NCBI GenBank assembly: GCA_965215185.1
Contig: OZ244034.1
Coordinates: 256,001 to 320,000 of the forward strand
Length of the DNA stretch: 64,000 bases
Reading direction: 5' to 3'
Source: Acidimicrobiia bacterium
GTDB taxonomy: Bacteria; Actinomycetota; Acidimicrobiia; Spongiisociales; ZC4RG35
Shown here: piece after piece, positions 9,249 through 21,000 of the stretch
How the letters are laid out: each line of letters opens with the position of its first letter
Position numbering within the stretch: position 1 is the first letter of the stretch
Made by a program: the position numbers and the translations under genes
The notes under the pieces: generated by a model
Told to the model about the DNA's origin: nothing
The model's database searches: none
What the model saw: only the letters and a program-made list of their open reading frames with translations

Positions 9249-10866
9249 GTCCGACGGGGCGCTCGGGCTTTTATGCCGATGGCTCATGTCTACTGGTAAC
9301 GCCTGGCGACGGGATCTAGGCGCCGTCGCGCCAGTCGTTCTTGATGAGGTCGTCCGTCAGATCGGTGCGATGGCCATATCTAAGGACTGTGGGAAGGTCC
9401 TTGTAGCGAGCGCCTACACAACAGTGGCGGAGGTCGTCACCGCGGCCGTAGCGGACTCCTTCAGGGGGCACCACGTGGCCAAGCACGTGAGTGCTCAATC
9501 GCCGGAGGAGAACGCAGCAAGCGTCGACCGATGGCGGTCTGACATTAGCTGTCGGCTTCTAGTATGCGATGCGAGTGCTGAGGAAGGCATCAACCTCCAG
9601 ACAGCAGATGTGATTGTCCATTTGGACCTCCCATGGGACGTGTTTCGTCTCGAACAGAGGCTCGGCCGTGCCGACAGATTCGTCCGCGGTAAGCCACAGC
9701 CCGTGGAGTCGATGGTGTTCCTTTACGGCGAGCAGATATACGCGCAGGGGTGGTTCCTTTTCGCGGCTGACTCCTGCGGGGTGTTCGACCGGTCGGTCTC
9801 ATCGCTGCAATATGTTCTTGCCGACCTGGAGTCCAAAGTCGTCGGTAAGGCGATCACTGGTGGAGCCGGGGTGTTTGACTCTGAGATCGAGTTGCGACGG
9901 GAGCACCTCCAAGTCGAGGCAGAGCGAATAGCTGCTCACGATTCTCTGGACTCGGTAAGCGGACTCCACCGTGGCCTCAACGAACGCCTTCTTCAGGAGG
10001 ACGATGCCCTGCGACTCGGCGCCGCGCTTAAAACTTGGTTGACCAGTGTCGGGGCGAAGGTGCGGAGTCCTGCTAGAGGCAGCCTTCAGATAGCCAGTCG
10101 ACCGCGTCCTCAAGTTCCCTTTACCCTTGAACTCGCGATGGCGCCGTGGGTCGGTAGCGAACTGGCGCTGTCGCGCCAGGCGTCGGTGGAGCGAAGCGTG
10201 CCGCTCGTGAGGCCCGGTCACGGGTTGGTGGATGAAATCGTGCGTCACCTTCGCGATGATGATCGCGGCGTTGCGTTTGCCTTCATGCGGCCGGAGCGTG
10301 GTTGCTGGCCGCCTATGCCAGTGTTTCGGACAGACTTTCTAGTGCGAGCGTCGACGACGCATGAACTGGATCGCACAGCGCGCGAGCAGGGGGTTACTTC
10401 ATGGCTGCAGATTCAGCGTGAGTCGCTGCTACCCCCTGTGCTCGAGACTGTGTACATGTCCGATCTGGGTGTGGAGATTGAGAGTCCGGCAGCGACGCGT
10501 CCCTACAAGCAGGCGATGGGGGATCGGAACCTAGTCTCACGACCGGGATTATTCGCTGAGGTAACGGCGCACCTCGATTGGGAGGCCGTGTGCGGCCAGG
10601 GTCTCACGAGTGCTAGGAAAATCCTCGACCGCCGTGACTCCGTCGGACCACGAGCGGCCCGCTCGGCGCAGGCCCTTAAGTCCTCGATCGACAGCCATCT
10701 TGTAGCACTTCGCGCTCGGGCTGCGACCGACCTGGAGCCGGTTGACAAACGGATGCAGGCCTTCGAAGCCCTTGCGCTAGCAGTTCCCAACCGCCTGGAG
10801 GTGGTGGTCGACGTGATCGGCAGCGGAGTGATCATTCTGGCGAACCCTGGCCTGATCGGCGAGTGA
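9136..10866 (+). CDS. dpdE: DpdE helicase, C-terminal part (HELICc lobe; true coding begins near 9235)
   Basis: EEGINLQ, HLDLPW and LEQRLGRADR motifs V/VI; continues the upstream ORF in another frame. Confidence 0.82.
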   Translation: MSTPRRSKLTKLQRRFGYSAKLAVRCPMQSWSFTAAGESDGALGLLCRWLMSTGNAWRRDLGAVAPVVLDEVVRQIGAMAISKDCGKVLVASAYTTVAEVVTAAVADSFRGHHVAKHVSAQSPEENAASVDRWRSDISCRLLVCDASAEEGINLQTADVIVHLDLPWDVFRLEQRLGRADRFVRGKPQPVESMVFLYGEQIYAQGWFLFAADSCGVFDRSVSSLQYVLADLESKVVGKAITGGAGVFDSEIELRREHLQVEAERIAAHDSLDSVSGLHRGLNERLLQEDDALRLGAALKTWLTSVGAKVRSPARGSLQIASRPRPQVPFTLELAMAPWVGSELALSRQASVERSVPLVRPGHGLVDEIVRHLRDDDRGVAFAFMRPERGCWPPMPVFRTDFLVRASTTHELDRTAREQGVTSWLQIQRESLLPPVLETVYMSDLGVEIESPAATRPYKQAMGDRNLVSRPGLFAEVTAHLDWEAVCGQGLTSARKILDRRDSVGPRAARSAQALKSSIDSHLVALRARAATDLEPVDKRMQAFEALALAVPNRLEVVVDVIGSGVIILANPGLIGE

Positions 10867-10867
10867 C

Positions 10868-13444
10868 GTGCGCACTGTCCACGACGTTCAGTCGTTGCTC
10901 AACCGTCTCGCCGCCAAGCAGCAGATCGAGGTAACCGACCGGGTCTCGGCAGCGCTGAAACTGGCGACGAGTGGGCGTGGGGGATCAGCGGACGCCGCGG
11001 TGCTGCTTCGTCAGGTGCTTCGCTCCGACGACGTTCGCCGAAGCGCAGGTGTGCCCGGGTCTGACGTTGACGCCGAGTCCAACACGACCTCTGCCTGGCT
11101 CGACGTGCCGCATTCCCAATCATTCCCACCTGGCTTTCGGTGGGCCGACTTTGGGTTCGATTCCCAACCTCGCAACGGAGCGGTGACACGGATTCGTGCT
11201 GCTCCGTGGAGGCCTCGGTGGCTCGACTGCGACTCAGTCCCTGCGGTTGACCACGACGTGTCGGATCTTCGTATTGTGAGACGAGACGAGTCGGTCTACG
11301 GAGATCCATTCCTCCCGCTTGTTGACCAAGACTTCACGACATATCGGACACCTGGGCAGCGGGCGGCTGTTCGGAGCGCCCTTCTCGCCTCTTCGGGCAG
11401 CACGCTCGTCATTAATCTCCCGACGGGTAGCGGGAAGACCCTGGCGATGCTCGCGCCCGCGGTCACCGCTCCAACCAGTGGCTCCGTTTCGGTGATAGTG
11501 GTTCCAACGGTTGCGCTTGCACTCGATCAACAGCGGCGATACGCCAGTCGGTACCCTGAGGCTCCGCCAACCGCCTACCACAGTGGCCTGACATCGGATC
11601 AGAAGGCGGATTTTGTTGGCCGCCTGCGATCCGGCGGCCAACCGATCCTCTTCACGAACCCTGAAGCCTTAGTCACCTCTCTCGCACGGGCCCTCAGTTC
11701 TGCCGCAGCAGGTGGTCGGCTCCGACTGATGGCTATCGACGAGGCGCACGTTGTAGCGTCCTGGGGAGACGCCTTCCGCCCCCACTTCCACGCACTGGCC
11801 GGATTGCGCACTCATCTCCTGCGCGAAGCAACTGCTGCCGGCCATGAGGCATTCAAGACGGTGCTTGCGAGCGCCACTATCACCGAGGATACGTTGCGTC
11901 TCCTTGAGGCCCTCTTCGGCCAGCCAGGCCCGTTTCTGCACGTCGGCGCGCCGGTAGTGCGGCCTGAGCCGAGTTACTGGGCTGCATCCGTATCGCACGC
12001 GGATGAGAGAGACGCCCGACTCATCGAGTCGCTCAGGCACCTTCCGCGGCCGGCGATTGTCTATACGACTCTGCGTGACGAGCGAGTGGCGCGTCCGGGA
12101 ACCCTGACCCCGAAGCGGCTCAGCCGGCTTGCGTCCACACACGGGTTCACCCGCTTCGCGGTAGTGGACGGACAGTCAACGACTTCTCACCGAGAGGCTG
12201 TCCTCCGGAATCTACGTGACTCACCAGAGCGACCCCCACCGATCGATCTTGTGTTCGCCACGTCAGCCTTCGGGCTCGGCCTCGACGTTCCGGATATCCG
12301 TACCATCGTCCACGCGTGCATACCTGAGAGCCTCGACCGCTACTACCAGGAGGTCGGGCGAGGTGGGCGTGACGGGCGACCGATGATCTCTTTGGTCGTC
12401 CCAACGAGATCGGATGAGGATGTCGCTACCGGCATTGCAACTCCGCGCCTACTGACTGCAGACCGTGCGCGGGACCGTTGGACCGCAATGGTCCAGGTTG
12501 CCGAGGCGCTCGGTCCCGACACGATTCGGGTGCCTCTGACGACAGTTCCAGGTAATCTGGAGCAGCACACCGACTACAACGAGCTATGGAATTTGTTCAC
12601 GGTCAGCCTGATGGTACGCGCTGGGGCTCTTGCCTGGGACTTCAGTCTCAACGAGTTGCCGACAGACTCCGGTCCGTTCCTCGACGACCGTGGGTGGTTG
12701 ACTGTCCGCGTTCTTCGCGATCACCAATCGCCGGAGTTCTGGAGCGAAGTCGTTGAGAGCGTTCGAGCCAGGATGGCCGACAGGTCGCGCGAAGGACTCA
12801 CAAGCCTCAGAACAGCACTGTCCGGTCGACAGTGCATGGGCGAACTCGTGGGACTGAACTACTCGATCTTGAGCCCTCACAAGTTTCAGACGGCGTGTTT
12901 GCCGAGTTGTGGGGGATGTGCCTACTGCCGCCGGAACGGCCATAGCCGGCGGTCTTCGCCCTCGCCCAGCCCCAGCGGAGTCGAGGCCGCACCTGTTCCT
13001 GACCCAACCCGGCTCTATCAACTTGCCGCGGAGGGCAGGTGGGGACCGCGGGTGATCGTCGGGACTGATCTCTCGGTCATGCAGTCCCGCCGCAAACTTC
13101 GGCGCGCTATCCGGTCGCTTATCGCTGCCGGGGACCTCCAGGTGATTGTGGTGCCGCAAGACAGGCTTCACATGGTTGAAAACTGGCTGCCGCCACATGA
13201 TCGTGAGCGGCCGCCGCTGATGGTGAATTCGGTGGACGACTTCGATCCGCTCACCGAGGTGGGTGTACCGACGCTCGTGATCGTCGATGAAGGCATTGAT
13301 CCCGGGCCTTTCCTCGACGGGAGTTCGCGATCGAGTCTCTTCGTCGTTCTTGGCCCAAGTGATCTGCCTGTAGGAGCGTCAGGCCTGTCACTAATTGACA
13401 GCGATGCGGCGTTTCGGCTCGACGATCTCAAGCGCATTCTCTAG
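10868..13444 (+). CDS. dpdF: DpdF RecQ-like helicase
   Basis: TPGQRAAV, NLPTGSGKT, IDEAH..SWGDAFRP, ATSAFGLGLD, YYQEVGRGGRDG and CGGCAYC; position after dpdE. Confidence 0.9.
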   Translation: MRTVHDVQSLLNRLAAKQQIEVTDRVSAALKLATSGRGGSADAAVLLRQVLRSDDVRRSAGVPGSDVDAESNTTSAWLDVPHSQSFPPGFRWADFGFDSQPRNGAVTRIRAAPWRPRWLDCDSVPAVDHDVSDLRIVRRDESVYGDPFLPLVDQDFTTYRTPGQRAAVRSALLASSGSTLVINLPTGSGKTLAMLAPAVTAPTSGSVSVIVVPTVALALDQQRRYASRYPEAPPTAYHSGLTSDQKADFVGRLRSGGQPILFTNPEALVTSLARALSSAAAGGRLRLMAIDEAHVVASWGDAFRPHFHALAGLRTHLLREATAAGHEAFKTVLASATITEDTLRLLEALFGQPGPFLHVGAPVVRPEPSYWAASVSHADERDARLIESLRHLPRPAIVYTTLRDERVARPGTLTPKRLSRLASTHGFTRFAVVDGQSTTSHREAVLRNLRDSPERPPPIDLVFATSAFGLGLDVPDIRTIVHACIPESLDRYYQEVGRGGRDGRPMISLVVPTRSDEDVATGIATPRLLTADRARDRWTAMVQVAEALGPDTIRVPLTTVPGNLEQHTDYNELWNLFTVSLMVRAGALAWDFSLNELPTDSGPFLDDRGWLTVRVLRDHQSPEFWSEVVESVRARMADRSREGLTSLRTALSGRQCMGELVGLNYSILSPHKFQTACLPSCGGCAYCRRNGHSRRSSPSPSPSGVEAAPVPDPTRLYQLAAEGRWGPRVIVGTDLSVMQSRRKLRRAIRSLIAAGDLQVIVVPQDRLHMVENWLPPHDRERPPLMVNSVDDFDPLTEVGVPTLVIVDEGIDPGPFLDGSSRSSLFVVLGPSDLPVGASGLSLIDSDAAFRLDDLKRIL

Positions 13445-13455
13445 GAGACGGTGAT

Positions 13456-14355
13456 ATGGCCTTACTCAATCCGCCAGAATTGCGGGCGAGCATGATGAGC
13501 GTCATCATCCTCTACTTGGCCCAGTGTCGAGGTCAGCGTGATGGGCGGACCCGCATCGTCGACGCAATCTCGCCTCCGAGCCTCACGGAGTCGCCGCAGA
13601 GGCACCAACTTGACGCTAGCCGCAATCTGACGAGTGCTGTCGAAATCGGCATTGCGATTCGTGATGGCGACCGAGTACAACTTAGCCCGGAGAGCATCAA
13701 GGCAGCTAGGAAGGGAACCTCAGCGATGGCGGGGCTCATACGTCAGCGCATCCTGTCGGAGGATCTGAACACTGCCCCCTGGGGAAGCCAAGAAGGCGCG
13801 CGTGACCTCACCAACGCCCTCGGTTGGTTCCTCACCTTTGGTCCTACCAATGCACCCGCTCGAATGGAAGGTGATGCGCCGTCGGCGAAGGCCCTGCAAG
13901 AGGCCGACTTCGGCACGCGGTACGGCGACGACGATTCAAGCGGCTGGCCGATCTCCAACAGCACTCGCTGGGTCGCTTTTCAGCGCTGGGCATGCTCCCT
14001 CGGGTTTGCGTGGCGCTCTCCCTCCGGACGTCTAGTCCCGGATCCCGCTCCGGCCGTTCGCGACTCAATTCCTGCGATATTCGAGAGCGAAACGACGCTG
14101 GATGGCCGATCCTTCGTTCTAGCCCTTGGTGCACAACTGCCAGTTTTGGAGTGCGGAGCGTATCGACGGTTCATCGAGGAGAATTGGAGCCGTACGTCAG
14201 AATCCAGTGCGGCTCTCAGCACTGCTACGACGGATGCGTTGCGGCGGCTCGAGGCAAGTGGGCACTTGGCGTTCGAGGACCGGGCGGACGCTCCAAGGGA
14301 AGAACGGGCTGACGGATCGACCTTTTCGCACGTCTCAAGGGGGCGAGCGCGATGA
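13456..14355 (+). CDS. dpdG: DpdG
   Basis: MALLN start, NSTRW..FQRWACSLGF, PDPAPAVRD, LPVLE.G.YR and EDRADA; lies between dpdF and dpdH. Confidence 0.8.
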   Translation: MALLNPPELRASMMSVIILYLAQCRGQRDGRTRIVDAISPPSLTESPQRHQLDASRNLTSAVEIGIAIRDGDRVQLSPESIKAARKGTSAMAGLIRQRILSEDLNTAPWGSQEGARDLTNALGWFLTFGPTNAPARMEGDAPSAKALQEADFGTRYGDDDSSGWPISNSTRWVAFQRWACSLGFAWRSPSGRLVPDPAPAVRDSIPAIFESETTLDGRSFVLALGAQLPVLECGAYRRFIEENWSRTSESSAALSTATTDALRRLEASGHLAFEDRADAPREERADGSTFSHVSRGRAR

Positions 14356-17300
14356 GTGTGATGCGTCAATACGTGTGTTGGACGGACAGAGCAGTGAGGG
14401 CAACTACGCCCCGCGATGCCGCGTCGCTCGAGCCCGGTCACTTCCAGGCCGTGCATCACCCCTTGAAGCTTCGGCAACGGCCGTTGGGCACCCTAACTGG
14501 AGGGAGGTGGGTGGAGGAGACCGAGATCGTCCGAGTGCTTGAAGGCCCGCTCCGGCCTGACGGCTATCTACTCGTGCCGATCGTCGGCGGGTCCGGCACG
14601 GGGAAGTCTCACCTTGTTCGATGGGTGTGGAACCGCACCAAGGACCGCGACAACTGGGAGAGCCGATACCTTGCGAAGAACCGAACCAGCATCCGGCGCG
14701 CTATCGCAATCGTAATCGAAGGTCTAGAGGGCCCTGCTATCAACGATGCACGCGAAGCGCTGCAAAAGGCGCCGGTCCAGTCGGAGAGCGAGCCGGTACT
14801 GGCGGAGCGACTCCTAGATGAACTTGCCTTGATCACGGCAGAGGAATCGGCCATGGAAATCGATGTCACTGACCGCAGGGCAGCGCAGATGGCGGCCAAG
14901 CTTCGCCGCGAACTCCCAGACATCCTCCGCGACCCAGTCGTGCGTCGACGTCTCACAGGGGATGGTGCAGTTATACCTCGTCTCGTAGGACTCGCGAAAC
15001 GAGGCCGCTGTGACGGCGACGGGCTTGACGACGATGCGATCCGAGTCGTCGACGATGACCTGCCGTTAGCGTTTGCAGAGATCGGGGAGGCAAGCAAAGG
15101 CGCCCAGAAACTGTTGACACAGTTGGGGGTGATCCCCTCTCTCAGGTCGGCAGCCCTGGGTATGATCAACGAAGCGCTTCCCTCCGCGGTCAAGCGCGTA
15201 TTCCTGTCGGGCCAAGTCGACCTGATCGAGGTCTTTCGCGAGGTTCGCAGGGAACTTTTCGTCTCCGGTAAGGAGTTGGTCCTCTTCATCGAGGACCTGA
15301 CGGTCCTTCACGGAGTTGAGCGCGAGTTTCTTGATGCGATCATCGAGCCAGCGCGATCGCCCGAAGGCGATCTTTGTGCGTTACGGGTCCTGTTCGCTGT
15401 AACAGAGGGGCATTTCGCCGGACTCGATACTGTGCGCACCCGGTGCGATGACGGCTATCGGCTCGACGCTGCTTACGGTCCGAACGGCGTCGGCCACGAG
15501 GAAGCCATGTCGTTCCTCGGGCGCTACCTCAACGCATGCCGGCAAGACCCGGCGGAGGTCGAGAACCTATGGGCCAATCGGCAGGGCGATGCGTGGATGC
15601 CCAACGCTTGCGACGCTTGCGACCACCAGGTGCACTGTCACGACACATTCGGCCGAAGCGAAGAAGGGTACGGGCTCTACCCGTACAACCCAGCGGCCGT
15701 GGACCGATTCGTGGACTCGCTGTCCAGCGAGCGATTCGATCCGCGAGAGGTAGTCAGGGAACTGGTGAATCGCTTCCTGATAGTGGCGGCGACCGATCTT
15801 CAACGAGGTGACTTCCCATCTGATGAGTTGGTCGGGCCGTTCGACGAGCGAAGCGAAGCACTTGCTCCGCTCGTCGAATCCGAACTCAAGTCGAAGCGTC
15901 CGGCCGACTTCGCGCAGGTCGTGAATTCGATGCGGTACTGGTCAGAGTTTTCCACGGTCGTGGGAGACACCACCCTCGCAGCATTCGGACTTGATGTGCT
16001 TGGGACGCTGCAGGTATCTCCGACACCACGACCACGGGCGAAGGGCAAGTCCACATCGAGTGGAGCATCAGGCCTTTCCAGAGGCGGACCAGTGGCACCG
16101 CGCGAAGCAACGCTCGCATCGCGACTCCGTGCCCCCTGGGCGCGGATATTCAATGAACTGAACACATGGGCGGGCAACCAGCGAGATCTGGGCGCGAGCG
16201 CGACAAACAACTTGAAGAAGCTTATCCATAAATCAATCCTCCAGAACCTCGACTTCAGCGCTCTGCCGATCAACCTTGGCGCAGACTTTGATCAGCAGAA
16301 GCGGTTCGACCAAGGGAAACATCTACACATCGCTGGATCCGTCACAGGCCAGCGTCGAGGCGACCCAATCGTGGCAATCGAACAAGACGCGGATACTGCC
16401 GCAGCACTTCAGGGGTTGATTCTCCTCGCGGAACTCCCAGACGCCGACGACTACCCACGGGCCAACAACTATCGCCGACAAGCAGCGCGGTATCTAGAGG
16501 AGTGGACCCTCTCTGTCACGGCGAGGCTTGAGCAATCGCCCGAACCGGCGGCGACTCAAGCAATCAATGGATTGCTCCTGTGCGCTGTCGTCGCGGGTGC
16601 GTGTGAAAAGGCATCCGACCCGCACGATTATCTCGCTGCACTCTTTGGGGCAGCCAGTTCGGCCGTGGGCCCCCACCGTTCCCAGAAGTGGCAGGCCGTG
16701 GTCGAGGCTGCCGACGCCACCTATCGTCGGCTTCGCCCGGGCGTGGAGGCTCACTTCGGTGAGGCGCGTGGTACCGGTGGGGCCCGGGCTATCAGAGCGG
16801 ACCAGATCCTCACAGTGATCCAGGACTTCACCGAATCGGGTCGTCTCGAGTCAACTGACCCAGCTATCGATCGATTCATGCGGTCCGTGGCGCCGGCTGT
16901 GGAGGGCGAGTGGGAAACCTTGGAGCACCTGGCTACTGGAGCGGCACCTCTCGTTGACCCCAACCGCTCCTGGTCTGACCAGACGAAGCGCGTGCTTGAG
17001 CTAGTTGAGGCCGCCCACCGGTCGGGACGGTTACTCGACCACGACGCAGCGCGCTACCTCAGAGCGCAAGCCTCCTCTCTGGACGAGAACGCGCACAGGC
17101 TTCTGCTAAGGGCCGCCGAACTGGTGCGTTTGAACTCTCCACTCCTCGAGCGGCTTCGAGTAATCGCCAGCAGTCTCCCGGACACCGTGATGACCACTAG
17201 CAGGTTCGTCACACGAGCGAAACAAGCAATGGCTGGGATTGCAAAGGACCTCGATGAGCGCCGAGCCGGTGAGTCAGAGGACGAAACTCTTGAGGACGTT

Positions 17301-17363
17301 GCGTCGGGTGTTCTAGCTGCGGTTGGTCGACTTGCAGAGGCAGTAGAGGAGCTCGAGAAGTGA
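14352..17363 (+). CDS. dpdH: DpdH P-loop ATPase
   Basis: FQAVHHP, Walker A GGSGTGKSHLVRW, Walker B ELVLFIED, CxxC...C cluster and LYPYN. Confidence 0.88.
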   Translation: MSVMRQYVCWTDRAVRATTPRDAASLEPGHFQAVHHPLKLRQRPLGTLTGGRWVEETEIVRVLEGPLRPDGYLLVPIVGGSGTGKSHLVRWVWNRTKDRDNWESRYLAKNRTSIRRAIAIVIEGLEGPAINDAREALQKAPVQSESEPVLAERLLDELALITAEESAMEIDVTDRRAAQMAAKLRRELPDILRDPVVRRRLTGDGAVIPRLVGLAKRGRCDGDGLDDDAIRVVDDDLPLAFAEIGEASKGAQKLLTQLGVIPSLRSAALGMINEALPSAVKRVFLSGQVDLIEVFREVRRELFVSGKELVLFIEDLTVLHGVEREFLDAIIEPARSPEGDLCALRVLFAVTEGHFAGLDTVRTRCDDGYRLDAAYGPNGVGHEEAMSFLGRYLNACRQDPAEVENLWANRQGDAWMPNACDACDHQVHCHDTFGRSEEGYGLYPYNPAAVDRFVDSLSSERFDPREVVRELVNRFLIVAATDLQRGDFPSDELVGPFDERSEALAPLVESELKSKRPADFAQVVNSMRYWSEFSTVVGDTTLAAFGLDVLGTLQVSPTPRPRAKGKSTSSGASGLSRGGPVAPREATLASRLRAPWARIFNELNTWAGNQRDLGASATNNLKKLIHKSILQNLDFSALPINLGADFDQQKRFDQGKHLHIAGSVTGQRRGDPIVAIEQDADTAAALQGLILLAELPDADDYPRANNYRRQAARYLEEWTLSVTARLEQSPEPAATQAINGLLLCAVVAGACEKASDPHDYLAALFGAASSAVGPHRSQKWQAVVEAADATYRRLRPGVEAHFGEARGTGGARAIRADQILTVIQDFTESGRLESTDPAIDRFMRSVAPAVEGEWETLEHLATGAAPLVDPNRSWSDQTKRVLELVEAAHRSGRLLDHDAARYLRAQASSLDENAHRLLLRAAELVRLNSPLLERLRVIASSLPDTVMTTSRFVTRAKQAMAGIAKDLDERRAGESEDETLEDVASGVLAAVGRLAEAVEELEK

Positions 17364-18097
17364 CACTCTTCGAAACCGCTACCGAACTCCAACTCCGACT
17401 TGAATCTGCGACCGCAGCGGATACGGGAGATCAGTTGCTGTCGCGCGGACGAACTGTGCGAACCGACATCGCGTCGGCGGCGGAACACTTTGAGGCCGTT
17501 CAGTCCTACCGAATCACGATTGGTCGGACGGATAGGCCGCCGCTGGCTGCGAAAGAGATCCGCCAAGCCATCGGTCGCTTCCGAGGAACTCTCTCCAACA
17601 GCGGACCCAAGGCAGTTCAGCAGCGGTCGGCAGTCACGCTCCTGAAAGTCCTGGATACACAGATCAAGCGTGTGGATCGCTGGGTCAAATCCACGTGGCA
17701 AGAGAACTTTGCCGCTTCTCAGGAACTGCTGGAGCGTGCGGACTCGGGGGACCTGCACGGGTCGCCGGTAAACAGGATTAGGGCGCTAAACCGTGCCAGG
17801 AGGGTTAAGGTCCTTCGGAACACAGATCCGGTCAGGGAACGAGCGGCTTTGGAAGAACTCCTCAAGGTAAAAGGTCTGAAGGCCTGTCTCGAAAAAGCCA
17901 ACGAGCTAATCGACGACCTTCGCGATGCGATCGCGGCGATCGATAGAGAACAGGCTGCAATGACGCCACAGGTACGGGCGGTTCTTCAGCGCGCAGCATC
18001 TGGTGATGGTCTACCCCTTGGGGAGGTGACGCCCGAACTCTTGGTCGCGCTCCAGTCAGGTGGCGTGCTGGATGACCTCGTAGTGCGTCGGTTATGA
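17360..18097 (+). CDS. dpdI: helical protein in the dpdI position
   Basis: Coupled by overlapping start/stop codons between dpdH and dpdJ; about 245 aa and helical. Assigned by synteny only. Confidence 0.6.
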   Translation: MTLFETATELQLRLESATAADTGDQLLSRGRTVRTDIASAAEHFEAVQSYRITIGRTDRPPLAAKEIRQAIGRFRGTLSNSGPKAVQQRSAVTLLKVLDTQIKRVDRWVKSTWQENFAASQELLERADSGDLHGSPVNRIRALNRARRVKVLRNTDPVRERAALEELLKVKGLKACLEKANELIDDLRDAIAAIDREQAAMTPQVRAVLQRAASGDGLPLGEVTPELLVALQSGGVLDDLVVRRL

Positions 18098-21000
18098 CTG
18101 ATCCAGGTCTCGTTGACGTACTCAACGAACTGGAGGCGCGCGAACTGCCCCTCCTCACCTGGGGTGTGACGAGTGGCGCATACGACGAGGACGAGATCCT
18201 CGGCTTGCTGGAATCGGCAAGGCCCGAGAAGGATCCCGAGGATCTCCTGGAACGCCTTCTCGCAACTGGATTCGTCTTCGAACGTGGTCTCACCGGGAAT
18301 CGATTTCGGACGCGCATGGCGGAGACAGTTCGCCTTGCGCGGCACTTGAGGCAGTGGTTCCACGGCCCCCGGAGCGACTGGCGAACAGCCAAGACGCTCG
18401 TCTCCGACATGCGCTTTCTTGCCCGACCACGTGTTGTTCCTGTCCGAGAAGTCAATGAGCATGAGTTGACGAGCCGTCTCAGCGCCGCTCTGAACGAGCG
18501 GTGGACGACGAGCCATGAGGCAACTCTGAAAGCAGTCCTCGGTGGGCGATTGGTGTCCGAGTTTCAGGCGAAATCAGCTGAGAGACTCCTGAGTTCGGTT
18601 GGCAACCGTGGCGGGACGTGCGTTACGGCCGGCACCGGAGCGGGCAAGACGCTGGCCTTCTACCTTCCCGCGCTGACTCATGCGCTCAGCGTGCCTGGGC
18701 CTCGGGGGATTCCCCGCATCGTGGCCATATACCCGCGTGTCGAGCTACTTCGTGACCAACTTCGCACCATCCTGAAGTTGGTCACGGACTTGGAGGCCCG
18801 TGATGCAGGACGCCTGCGAGTGGGTGTCCTCTACGGAGCGACCCCGCACCATCGGGCGGATGCGCAGCGGGACGTGCGCAAAGGGTGGCGCTCAACGGCG
18901 GATGGACTCACATCACCGATAGTCGATTCTTGCCTGAGGGAAGGGTGCTCCGGCGATCTCATTTGGCCGACCGGCGACGCGGAGGGCCGCCTTCTTCGGT
19001 GCGTCAGATGCGGGTCCGAATTGGAGTCGCTCGTGTTCTCTCGCCGGACGCTGACCTCCCAACCCCCAGAGATACTCTTCACGACAACAGAGATGGTGAA
19101 CCGGCTGCTCGGAATACCCCGCATGCGGCGATTGCTCGTCGGGGACTCGAGCAGTTCCCCAGACTTCGTTCTGCTCGATGAGATACACAGCTACTCCGGA
19201 ACCCACGGCGCGCAGGTAGCTCATCTGATTCGCCGATGGCGCGGTGAGATGGTGTCCCCGAGCCATGTGGTCGGGCTGTCCGCGACGCTTGCCGACCCCA
19301 AGGGGTTCTTCTCCCAACTGATAGGAGCAGGCACCGGGAACGTCGCGGTGGTCGCTCCGAACGACGCAGAGATGCGCGAGTCTGGTCGGGAGTACTTCAT
19401 GGCACTCCGTGGAGACCCCGCCTCGCAGACTTCCCTTCTCTCGACAACTATCCAAACGGCGATGCTGATGCGTCGCATGCTTGATCGCGAGCCCGGTATA
19501 CCGAGCGGCGGGACGTTCGGGACCCGTCTCTTTGCATTCACGGACAAACTCGACGTGGTCAACCGGCTCCACTCCCAACTACAAGATGCCGAAGGCTGGC
19601 AGCCAGGGGGAGTGGACCGTAAGCGAGAGGGAAGCCTGGCAGTCCTTCGGGCCTCCGGTGCCGACAACGGTCCCCGAGACGACGTCGGTCAACTCTGGGA
19701 CGCCGCCGAGGAGTTGGGCACGCTGACCCGCCGAGTAGTTGTTGACCGGACAACATCGCAGGACGCTGGCATCGGCAGTTCCAGTGACGTGGTTGTCGCC
19801 ACCGCCTCCCTGGAAGTGGGATTCGACGATCCAAACGTCGGCGCAGTGCTCCAGCACAAGGCTCCGCGCGACGCGGCGCAGTTCCTTCAGCGTCGCGGTC
19901 GAGCAGGTCGCAATCCAGCGATGCGGCCCTGGACAGCCGTGGTCCTGTCTGACTACGGGCGAGACCGCCTCGCATTCCAGGCCTACGAGGCGCTGTTCGA
20001 CCCCAAGGTTCAACCCGCCCACTTGCCGATCAGGAATCGGGTCATCCTCAAGATGCAGGCCACGTGGTGGCTGGTCGACTACCTCACGCGAGCATCGGGT
20101 GGAACACCGCTGCGATCCGTGCTCGCGTCGCGGTGGCTCCGCAACCCTGACCGCCAGGTCCGTGCAGCACGCGATGCGTTGGTCGCTGCCAGGAACCTGC
20201 TAACCGACGAAGGGCTTGGCAAACTCGAGAGCGGGCTCAAGTGGTCGCTCCGAATCAGCGAGGACGACGCGCGATCGGTTCTCTTCGACCATCCGCGTGC
20301 CATTGCGACGACAGTCCTGCCGACGATCATCCGGCGGCTCGAAGGCGTAGTTGGCCAACACAAATTGCCTAGCCACTTTCGATGGAGCGATCCTCTCCTT
20401 GACTTCGTTCCGAGTTCGCTCTTTGCCCCACTGCAGACCCCTGAGGTGCGGGTCGAACTTCCCCTCGCTGGGCAATTCCAACCCGAGCCTCACACTGAGC
20501 CGATCGCACAGTCGATGCGCGAGTTTGCGCCCGGAAGGGTCAGCTACAGGTTCGCGCTCCGAGGTAAACGCGAGCGCATGTGGGTCAACCCGCCAGCGTC
20601 AACGGAACCAAACCTCGACCTCGAAACCTTCTGCTCGGACTATCTGCAGTTGACGCGTCCACCTGGGTTACAGGAGCCCGTGGTCCAACCCCGTTCGATT
20701 CAGTTGTCGCGTCCCACTACGCGAGTGCCCGACTCGTCGTACGGCAGATGGAACTGGGAGGTGTTCTTCCGAGTCAACGGCGTGCCGGCCGAGTTGGACG
20801 TTCCGTCCGGCAGTCCATGGACGAAGTGGGTTCGATCAGTCGCTGTGATGACGCACCACGTCCGAGCACCTCTAACCGTCTGGCGGATAGCACGGACTGC
20901 GGAGGTCGAACGACAAGTCTCGTCCGAGCCGTCAACAACGCAACACCGCGTGCGCCTCGCAGGAAGCAACGCCGCGATCGGATTCGCGATGGAGGTCGAC

